A stretch of 34,905 bases of DNA from an uncultured Gemmataceae bacterium (GTDB lineage: Bacteria; Planctomycetota; Planctomycetia; Gemmatales; Gemmataceae), in the NCBI GenBank assembly GCA_963750165.1, contig CAVVPN010000002.1:1-34905 (forward strand), read 5' to 3'. Every line of letters begins with the position of its first letter. The stretch's first letter is position 1. Positions 19,494 to 27,021 of the stretch are shown here, piece by piece. The notes below the pieces were generated by a model. That model was not told the origin of the DNA and did no database searches. It saw only the letters and a list, made by a program, of their open reading frames with translations. A program made the position numbers and the translations under genes.

Positions 19494-21816
19494 TCAGTCC
19501 CCGCCCGGCGCGATGTCCAGCACGTCCACGCCCTGCGCCCGCAACTCTTCCAGGATCGCCTGCAGCGTCCGCTGGCGGGCCTCGCCCTGCTGCTCGATCG
19601 CCGCCAGGGTGCGGGCGGCGCGCTCCCGCGGGTCGTTGGCGCGTTCCTCCTCCCGGTAGCGGTTGACCGCCTGGATGGCCTCCCGGCTGCCCAGGGCGAC
19701 GCCCGTCGGGTTCTTCGCGACCTGGACGCCGCCGGCCGCCTGCTCCAGCCGCTCGAACGCCGCGTAGGCCGCGCGGGCGTAGCCTTCGACGCCGTCCGCC
19801 GCGTCGAACCACAGTTCGTTCAGTCGGGCCAGCTCGTCGTTGAACAGCTCCAGGGGGGAGCGGTTGGCCAGCGCGGACTGCGTGCGCTGCAGGGCGCGGA
19901 AGGCGTTGTCGGCCGCGATCAACTGTTCCTCGCTGGCGCCCTGCACCTCCAGTTGCCAGGAGTGGAAGGCCGCCGCCGTCATGGCGGCCTGGCGCTGCTG
20001 GCGTTCCAGGTCGCGGGTTACGTTCTCGAAGGCATCGACGTCGATGCCTTCCGGGCCGCCCTGCGCCGCCGCGCGGGCGCGGACCTGGGCCTCGGCGTAG
20101 CGCAGCAACTGCTCGATGGCGCGGGTGAACCCCACGTCCGTGGGCGCCGGCCGGTTGAGCCGGTCGCGGGCCGCGTTCACCGCGTTCAGCACGTCGGTCA
20201 GGTCACGCAGGCGACCAGCCAGGTTGGACGCCTCGCCGATGGTCCGCGGCATGTCCAGCGCGTCAAAGGCGGCGCGGGCGAGCCCGGTCGGGTCCATGTC
20301 GGCGATGCCGCGGGCCGCGTCGTAGGCCGCCGTGTAGGCGTTGCGCAGCCCGTTGACGAACGTGTCAACGCCCTCGACGCACTTGCGGATCGTCTGGTAC
20401 AGGTTGAGCCCAACGGCGACGATTTCCAGTGTCACCGAAGCGACCATCTTCAGGCCGGCGGCCAGGACCAGCACCGCGTTCTCGCCGGCGTCGCGGAAGT
20501 TGCCTTCGACGTTCGAGGAACTGTGCACCAGCATCCGGAACACGTCGGCGAGGTCCTGGAACGAATTGAACACCTGCTCGAACGTCGGCCCGAACCGCTC
20601 CAGGCCGGCGTTGAAGCCATCGACGAACCACCTGGCCAGGTGGCCGATCTCGTCGAAGCCGGCGCGGACGGCCTCGAACAGCGGCTGCGCCAGGTTGATG
20701 GCCTTGTCGAAGCCGGTCGCGATCCCCTCCCATACCGGGGCCAGGGCGACGCCGGCCCGGACTTCCAGGCCCTGGAACAGGGCGCCCCAGTCGGAGGCCA
20801 TGCGCTGCCGGGCGCGGTTGGCGCCGCCCACGGCGGCGGACTCGGCCCTCGTCACCACCAGGCCGAAGCGCACGCGCCCGTGCCGTGGCCTCGGCGAGCG
20901 CGTCGCCCTGCTGATACAGCAGGGGGGTCACCCCCTGCGCGGCCCGGCCGAAGACGCCGTAGAGCCGCGCGTTGTTCTGGTTGGCGTCGGCGTTGTTGCG
21001 GACGCTCTCCCCGATGCGCGCCATGATGGCGGCGGTGTCGCCGGCCCGGACCATCTCCATGCTGACGCCGAGCCGCCGGAAGGCGTCCTGCGCCTCCAGG
21101 CTGCCGCCGCGGGCCTGGGCGATCGTGCGGTTGAGGCGGAAGAAGCCGGCGGACAGCTCGCCCACGTCCTGCCCGGTCTGGCCGGCGAGCAGCTGCAGCC
21201 CGGCGGCGCTGGCCGTGCTCATGCCGAACTGCCGCGCCATGCGCGCCTGCTCGCGGATGCGGCTCATGCCCCGCTCGCCCATCTCGATGAACGTCTGGGT
21301 CAGCCCGATGGCGGTGTCCTTGACGAAATTCAGCGCGGGGAGGAGGACGCGGTTGGCGGCCAGCGCCGCCACGCCGATGGGGCCGGGGATCTGCTCCAGG
21401 GCGCCGAGGGCGGCCTGGGCCGCGGGGGGCACGCCCTTCAGCTGGCCGAGCAGTCCGTTGACGCCCTTGCCGATGCTCCCGTTCAGGATGGTGCCGACGT
21501 TGCCGAAGGCGTTGCCCAGGCCGGACGCCATCGAGGACGGCAGGGCCTTGAACGCACCGGCCAGGGCCTGCTGCCGGGCCGCGGCCGCCTCCTTGGCCAG
21601 CCGCGGCGCGTCCAGCCAGTCCTGGACTTTCTTGTTCTTGGCGGCCGCGGCCTGCCGGTCCAGGGTCTTGGCGAGGTCGGCGCCGCTGACGCCGCCGCCG
21701 ACGGCCTTGGCCGCCTTGTCCAGCTCCTTCAGCCGCGCCACCGAGCCGTCGATGGACTTCTGGAGCCCGGCGTCGTTGGCCGAAATCAGGACCGCGAGGT
21801 TGGCAATGTTGGCCAT
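19494..21816 (-). CDS. Tail tape-measure-like protein (~773 aa; frameshift near 20878)
   Basis: MANIANLAVLISAND N-terminus, Ala/Gly-rich helical sequence, ARQFGMST..LQLLA, AFRRLGVS, spaced aromatic residues; two ORFs join with one indel. Confidence 0.8.
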
Positions 21817-21900
21817 GACGGGCCGCCCTTTCTATCCCCGGAGTGCAGGCGCCTGCGCCGGGATTCTGCGCACCGGCCGCGCGTACGTCGCCCCGCCTCG

Positions 21901-22245
21901 TCACGCCGGCCGGTTCGTCTTGCCGGCGGCGAGCGCCGCCTCTTCCCCGGCGCTCAGCAGCCCCTTGCGGCGCAGGTAAGCCGTCTCGCCTTCCTTCTTC
22001 ATCTCCCGGCGGGCCGCCTCGTCCTGGTCCAGTTGCCACCACGCGTACGGGCGGCGGCCCGGGTACTTTTCGGTGAACCAGGCCAGGACCGTCTCCAGGT
22101 GGATCTCCCAGGCCACCGCAAAGTCTTCGGGCGTCTTGTAGCCGTCGAAGAACGGCGTGCCGCTCGCCAGGTGCTGGCGCTGGTCCTTGCTCAGAACTTC
22201 CAGGTCCGCGCGGCGCGTCCGTGGCTTGCGTCGTGGCCGCGGCAT
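21901..22245 (-). CDS. Hypothetical protein downstream of TerS
   Basis: GGAGG-like RBS, ATG at 22245, PGRRPYAWW..YLRRKGLL. Confidence 0.65.
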   Translation of the reverse strand: MPRPRRKPRTRRADLEVLSKDQRQHLASGTPFFDGYKTPEDFAVAWEIHLETVLAWFTEKYPGRRPYAWWQLDQDEAARREMKKEGETAYLRRKGLLSAGEEAALAAGKTNRPA

Positions 22246-22247
22246 GG

Positions 22248-22580
22248 TCACTTCCTCCCGGGGCGCGGCGGCCTGGCTTCCGGCGCCGGCCCGTCCAGGT
22301 CCAGCTCGCGCAGCAGCCGCGCGAACGCGATGCGGCTGTCCCGCTCGATGGCCACCTCGGGGCGGGTGCGGGGCTGGCCGAAGCGGTCGTTGTAGGTCAC
22401 GCCCTGCCTGTCCAGCACTTCCCGGGCCTGCTCGGCGCGGTCCCACGCGCTGCCGGCCAGGGCCAGCAACCGCAGGTGGTGCTCGTCCAGCTCGTAGGCG
22501 GCGACGACGTTGTTCCACCAGCGCTTCGTCGCCGCCCGCAGGTGCCGCGGCGGCGTCTGTTTCTGCTGCTTTCCGGCCAC
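22248..22580 (-). CDS. terS: P27-family terminase small subunit
   Basis: PPRHL..KRWW..AREVLDRQGVTY.DRFGQPRTRPEVAIERD..LLRELDL. Confidence 0.85.
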   Translation of the reverse strand: MAGKQQKQTPPRHLRAATKRWWNNVVAAYELDEHHLRLLALAGSAWDRAEQAREVLDRQGVTYNDRFGQPRTRPEVAIERDSRIAFARLLRELDLDGPAPEARPPRPGRK

Positions 22581-22804
22581 GAAAACGGCCCTCCCGAACG
22601 TCCCAAGACGGCCCCCGACACCGCGCCCGCCCCGGCGATCCTGACCGGGCGAAACGACTCCCCGGCGCAGCGCCGGGGGATGACCAGTCGGCGCAAAGTC
22701 CGACGGCCTCAGAAACTTCCACCACGGGTTGCAACCTCACCCGGTGCTGTACACCTCACCAGATGCCGGCCGTGGTGCCTCGCGGCGTCGTGCCGGTATT
22801 CCGT

Positions 22805-22895
22805 TTTGGTTTCCGTACGCGAAAAATCGCGCGAGCCAGGCGTTACGGTCATGACTTTGCCTGCCCAGAGAGGTTGATTACCCTGGTAGGGGTCG
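22805..22895 (-). other. Candidate cos/packaging site
   Basis: Non-coding gap upstream of terS; the minus strand reads CCCCTACCAGGG..GACCGTAACGCC..CGCGCGATTTTTCGCG, resembling cos regions of P27-TerS phages. Confidence 0.35.
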
Positions 22896-22995
22896 TGGCC
22901 GTGGTGTCGGGGGTGCCGCTGGGCCATGCCGCTTGGGGCGGCTGGGCGTGGCTCCTGACGTGTGTGTGTGATGGGCCGGGCTGGTGCTGCCCGGT

Positions 22996-23382
22996 TCAGT
23001 TGGGCGGCGCCGGCGGCTGCTGGGCTTGCTGCTGGTGCTCGTCGAGGGTCGGCCCCAGCAAGCGCCGCAGGGACCGCCGCAGCACGCGGCCTTCCTCGGG
23101 GTGCTGCTGGAGGGCGTGCTCGATGCCGAGCAGTTGCAGCGCCAGGTCCCGTACCGACTGCCGCCCGATCGCGGGTAGGACGCCGCCGCCCAGGGCCCGC
23201 CGGTCCTGCTCGCGCACGTCCGGGTGAACGTCGGTCGGGGCCGGGCGACAACCGCCCGGCGCGCCCTGGTCGATCTCCAGGGGGGTCCCGCACCGGCCGC
23301 AGGCGCGGAAGGTGCGGTCGTGGGATTCCAGCAGGATAACCTGCTGCCGGCAGGCGGGGCAGGTCACGATGATGTTCGCCAT
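22996..23382 (-). CDS. Zinc-ribbon protein
   Basis: CPAC..CGRC at the N-terminus. Confidence 0.65.
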   Translation of the reverse strand: MANIIVTCPACRQQVILLESHDRTFRACGRCGTPLEIDQGAPGGCRPAPTDVHPDVREQDRRALGGGVLPAIGRQSVRDLALQLLGIEHALQQHPEEGRVLRRSLRRLLGPTLDEHQQQAQQPPAPPN

Positions 23383-23413
23383 GATGGGGTCTCGATGCAG
23401 TGTCAGTGGGCTG

Positions 23414-24373
23414 TCACTTGACCAGCCGGGCCATGATCTCCAGCGTCTTCTTCTGCCGCTCGCGCTGCTCCGCCCGCAGCCGCAATACGTGGGCGTTCGC
23501 CTTGCGGGCCGAGGCCCGCTTGCCGGTGCCGCTCGTGCCGGTGCCGAGCAATTTGGAGGTGAACTCGCTCGCCGTTTCCAGCCGGTCGAGCATTCCCGCC
23601 CGCAGCCCGTCCTTCGCCGACACCAGCATGCCGCGGCCGAAGTCCCGCTCCACCGTGGCCCGCTCCTTGCGGCGGTTGACGGCCACGTTCTTCACGAAGT
23701 CCTGGTAGAGCGCCACCACCTGGCGGCGGAACTCCGCCGCGGCCTCGGGGTCCAGGTTCTCATAGGGGTTGCCGCCCGTCTTCAGCGGCGGTTCGGCGAT
23801 GATGGTCACCTTCTCCCCGGCCTTCTCGAGCGCGCCGGCGTGGGACACGTGCAGGTCGTAAACGCCGATGGAGCCGACCTCGCAGGACGGCATCCCGACC
23901 ACCTCGGAGGCGGCCGACGCCAGCCAGTAACAGGCCGACGCGCACAGCGGATCGACGTAGGCCACGACGCGCCTGTCCGACCGCGCCTTGCGGATCATGG
24001 CGGCCGTCTCGGGTACGCCGGTGCCGCTGCCGCCGGGGCTGTCGCAGTACAGCACGATGGTGTCCACGCGCGGGTTGCCGACGGCGGCCTCGAACTGCTG
24101 GGCGAACGCCTGCAGGTCCGTTCCGCCCAGCAGCATGCCGAGCAGGCTTTGCTTGTACTCGATGATGCCCTGCAGGCCGAGCACGGCCACGGCGCCGCCG
24201 CGCTGGTCCTGCTTGCCCTTGACGTCGTAGGTCGCCAGCTTCGGCGCCTCGCCCCGCTGGCGTGCGGGCAGCGGCTGCCGCAGCAGCGCCTCGACGCGGG
24301 CCAGCGCCCGGCCTTCGAGCAGCCAGAGGCCGCCGGCGGGCAACTGCGCCTCCCTCGTGGTCCCGAGTCTCAC
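23414..24373 (-). CDS. S49-family (SppA / lambda gpC-like) head maturation protease
   Basis: DSPGG, ASACYWLAS, GSIGV motifs; GTG at 24373 overlaps the upstream stop (GTGA) with a GGGAG RBS. Confidence 0.87.
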   Translation of the reverse strand: MRLGTTREAQLPAGGLWLLEGRALARVEALLRQPLPARQRGEAPKLATYDVKGKQDQRGGAVAVLGLQGIIEYKQSLLGMLLGGTDLQAFAQQFEAAVGNPRVDTIVLYCDSPGGSGTGVPETAAMIRKARSDRRVVAYVDPLCASACYWLASAASEVVGMPSCEVGSIGVYDLHVSHAGALEKAGEKVTIIAEPPLKTGGNPYENLDPEAAAEFRRQVVALYQDFVKNVAVNRRKERATVERDFGRGMLVSAKDGLRAGMLDRLETASEFTSKLLGTGTSGTGKRASARKANAHVLRLRAEQRERQKKTLEIMARLVK

Positions 24374-24897
24374 CTGCGGTGACTCCCCAGCGTCGCGTAC
24401 ACGGCGGCCGCGGACAGTTGCCGCAGCCCATCCACCTCCGGCGTCGCCAGCAGCCGCCGGGCCAGCGCGAACAGTGCCCGCTCCTGGCGGGCGAGCAGCC
24501 GGCGGGCGTCGCCCACGGCCATGTCGAAATAGGTCGTGACGTTGACGTTCACCGGCAGCCGGTCCAGCTGAGCCATCATGACCTGCCAGTCGTTCTTCAC
24601 GGCCAGGTGGCGCTGCAGGGATTTCATGCCCCAGGGGTTCGTGCGGGCGCCGCCGCCGTGCACGATCTCCGCCATCGGCCCGGCCGCGGTGACGAGCAGT
24701 TCTTGGCGCACGCCCTGCTGCCGGTACGAGGCCTTGAAGCTGACCGCCCCGCTGTGCCGCCCGTCGTCGTGGCGCAGCAGGCGAACGCTGTCGATGGGGA
24801 AGCGGCTTTCGCCCTGCCCCCACGAAGCGAGCGCGTGACCGCTCTCGTGCAGGGCAACGGCCCAAGCGTCCGCGCTCACGTCGGCCGGCCGGTCCAC
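24370..24897 (-). CDS. Stand-alone HExxH metallopeptidase (M41/FtsH-protease-like)
   Basis: VALHESGHAL, AAGPMAE, ND motif and C-terminal ALARRLL helix. Confidence 0.72.
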   Translation of the reverse strand: MDRPADVSADAWAVALHESGHALASWGQGESRFPIDSVRLLRHDDGRHSGAVSFKASYRQQGVRQELLVTAAGPMAEIVHGGGARTNPWGMKSLQRHLAVKNDWQVMMAQLDRLPVNVNVTTYFDMAVGDARRLLARQERALFALARRLLATPEVDGLRQLSAAAVYATLGSHRR

Positions 24898-24900
24898 GCC

Positions 24901-25464
24901 TTACTCCTCGCCGGCGATGTAAGCGCGCTGGCTTTTCGCGTGCCACACGTACTGCCGCGCGAATTCGATCATGTCGTTCGGGCAGACGCGCCGGCAGGCC
25001 CCGGGGAAGTGGTCGTGGAAACTCGCGCCCGTGAGGCGTTCCACCTCGAGGGCGAACGCCTTCATCGCGTCGCCCGCGTCAACCAGCCCTTCCAGCGCCG
25101 CCAGCACGTTCCCCAGCAACTTGCGGTGCTTGGGCTGCAGCTGCTGGTACAGCGCGACGTTGCCGCGTACCGCGGCCTGGTCGAGCGCCGCGGCCTGTTC
25201 CTTCACCGCCCGGCGAAGGGCGGCGACCTTGACCTCGGCGTGGCTCAGGCGCGAACTGCGGCTGTCCAGGTGCTTCGCGACGGCCTTGTCGTCGCCGGCC
25301 ACCACGAGCCGCAGCAGCTCGGCGTCGTCGCCGGCGGCCTCGGCCCGCTTCGCCGCCAGCACCTCAGCCTGCGCCGCCGCGAGCCGTCGCCGCAAGTCCG
25401 CCAACTTCCGCGCCGCCTCGGCCACCTCCGGGTGCTCGGCCGCCGCCGGGAACGTCTTGCTCAT
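24901..25464 (-). CDS. Coiled-coil hypothetical protein
   Basis: Ala/Leu heptad-rich sequence; operon position. Confidence 0.65.
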   Translation of the reverse strand: MSKTFPAAAEHPEVAEAARKLADLRRRLAAAQAEVLAAKRAEAAGDDAELLRLVVAGDDKAVAKHLDSRSSRLSHAEVKVAALRRAVKEQAAALDQAAVRGNVALYQQLQPKHRKLLGNVLAALEGLVDAGDAMKAFALEVERLTGASFHDHFPGACRRVCPNDMIEFARQYVWHAKSQRAYIAGEE

Positions 25465-25493
25465 GGTGTGCGTTTCCACGTGGTCGTTGAGGG

Positions 25494-25594
25494 GGGTCAG
25501 GAGACGACGGTGCCGTTGCGCCCTTTGTCCCGGCAAATTTGCCGGGACAGAATTTGCCGGTGTGCCGGGTCAGGAGACGACGGTGCCGTTGCGC
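25494..25594. repeat. 28-bp direct repeat flanking a 45-bp insert that contains a perfect 24-bp palindrome
   Basis: GGGTCAGGAGACGACGGTGCCGTTGCGC at 25494-25521 and 25567-25594; TGTCCCGGCAAATTTGCCGGGACA at 25526-25549. Confidence 0.9.
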
Positions 25595-25836
25595 AGCCCG
25601 TTCATGAGCAGCTGCCGAAAATATTCCAGCCCCTGGTTGAGCCGGGACGCGGGGCCGCCGACGCCGCCGGTATCGAGCCGCACGCGCCGATCCGCGGCCT
25701 CGTCCACCAGCCGGGGCATCCTGGCGACCAGGGCGTCAATGGCGGCCGCGGCCGCCGCGGTCAGCGCCGTCAGGTCCTCCGGCTCGGCCGGGTGCCGGTG
25801 GCGGTGCTCGCGCACTTCGTGTTCCAGGTACTGCAC
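25570..25836 (-). CDS. Hypothetical protein
   Basis: GGAGG RBS and GTG start; operon context. Confidence 0.6.
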   Translation of the reverse strand: MQYLEHEVREHRHRHPAEPEDLTALTAAAAAAIDALVARMPRLVDEAADRRVRLDTGGVGGPASRLNQGLEYFRQLLMNGLRNGTVVS

Positions 25837-25850
25837 GCCTCGGTCCTCCG

Positions 25851-26069
25851 CTAATCCAGCACCACCAGACTCCCCGCGGCCTGCAGCTCGGCCAGCACGC
25901 GCCGCGCGTCGCCCAGGGCGGCACGCAGGCGCGTCAGCGCCGCCGGCTGCACGGCGAGCTGCTCGCCGTCGAGGGCCGGCAGGGCGACGGCCTCGGCGAA
26001 GCGCTCGAGTACCCCGGCCAGCGCGTCCAAGCGCGGACTGACGTCATTGGCCGACCTGCGGGGCCGCAT
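25851..26069 (-). CDS. Hypothetical protein
   Basis: GGAGG RBS and ATG at 26069. Confidence 0.6.
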   Translation of the reverse strand: MRPRRSANDVSPRLDALAGVLERFAEAVALPALDGEQLAVQPAALTRLRAALGDARRVLAELQAAGSLVVLD

Positions 26070-26146
26070 GACTTTTCCTCCACTTGAACGTTACGGGGCG
26101 CCAGCGCCGCCGGGCAAACTCGGTGCCCAAATTCCGGTTGCCGCGG

Positions 26147-26473
26147 TCAACTCGACCGGCCAGCGCAGCAGCCGCCAGCGCCCCGGCGCTTGCGGAAGGC
26201 CCAGGCCTCGAGCCGGCGACTCGGGCAGGCGAGCCACGTCACGACCTGCGGCAGCGCCAGCAGCAGCGGCGCCGCCGTGGCTTCGTTGAGAAAGCCGGCG
26301 TCAGAAAGGTGCACCGCCAGCGTCACGTCGGGGCGCACGGCCAGCAGGTCGATGAAACCGTGCAGGCGCGAGCGCGAGCGCAGCGTGCCGACACGCCGGC
26401 GGACGATGGCGGCGTGCCAGCCGTCGGCCTCCAGGGCCAGTATCGCGCGCTGCAGCGGGGTGCTGTCGGCCAT
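26147..26473 (-). CDS. PD-(D/E)xK-fold, Holliday-junction-resolvase-like protein, possibly degenerate
   Basis: LEADGW..LHGFIDLLAVRPDVTLAVHLS..LEAWAFRK. Confidence 0.5.
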   Translation of the reverse strand: MADSTPLQRAILALEADGWHAAIVRRRVGTLRSRSRLHGFIDLLAVRPDVTLAVHLSDAGFLNEATAAPLLLALPQVVTWLACPSRRLEAWAFRKRRGAGGCCAGRSS

Positions 26474-26477
26474 GAGG

Positions 26478-26684
26478 TCATTTCTCGGGAGGGGTCGTTG
26501 CCGTCGCAGCCGCCTGCACTTCGGCCTGGTCGGCCGGCACCTCGGCGGCGTTGACGCAGCGTAGGGAAAGTCCCCTAAGTGCAAATTTGAGCAGCCGCGC
26601 GACGCGGCGGCCGACGGGTACGGGTGATGCCGACGGCCTCAAATGCAAGATCACGTCTCCGGGCTGCTTGTCCACGGGCATCAC
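26478..26684 (-). CDS. Small hypothetical protein
   Basis: GTGA overlap; LHLRP..RRVARLLKFALRGLSLRCV. Confidence 0.6.
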   Translation of the reverse strand: MMPVDKQPGDVILHLRPSASPVPVGRRVARLLKFALRGLSLRCVNAAEVPADQAEVQAAATATTPPEK

Positions 26685-26968
26685 CTCGGCTTTCTGGGTC
26701 GGGCGGCCGGCGCAGGCGCGCCGTTGCCGTTGGCGTGGCCGTCGTCGAACAGCGAGCCCTGCTCGGCGTCGCCCTTCGCCCGGGCCGCGGCCAGGGTCAG
26801 CACGCCGGCCAGCTTGTCGAGCTTGGTTGCCGCGGCGTCCACGGCCAGGGCGGCACGCGCCACGTCGAGGCCCGGCAGGTTGCCGGCGTGCGGGGAGGCC
26901 AGCAGGGTGTCGAGCTGGTCGAGGGCCTTACGGGTGTCCGCGACGCGCTGACGAAGGTCGTGCAGCAT
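26681..26968 (-). CDS. Helical hypothetical protein
   Basis: GGAGG RBS and ATG at 26968. Confidence 0.6.
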   Translation of the reverse strand: MLHDLRQRVADTRKALDQLDTLLASPHAGNLPGLDVARAALAVDAAATKLDKLAGVLTLAAARAKGDAEQGSLFDDGHANGNGAPAPAARPRKPR

Positions 26969-27021
26969 GAACGTGGTCCTCCGGGGGTTGCTTGCGGCCG
27001 GCGGCCGCGGGGTTTGCTTGT

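Noticed and set aside
20860..20900. Programmed tail-chaperone-type frameshift
   Set aside because: The shift lies inside the tape-measure gene and no XXXYYYZ slippery heptamer is evident
24374..24946. N-terminal extension of the S49 ORF to 510 aa
   Set aside because: Overlaps the HExxH peptidase gene; an RBS and GTGA coupling support a start at 24373
25494..25594. Mini CRISPR array (28-bp repeat, 45-bp spacer)
   Set aside because: Only two copies, the repeat is a gene 3' end, the palindrome is in the spacer, and no cas genes are present
19155..25854. Long plus-strand ORFs (623, 684, 356 and 530 aa)
   Set aside because: Antisense shadows of well-supported minus-strand genes in very GC-rich DNA; Arg/Pro/Gly-rich with no motifs
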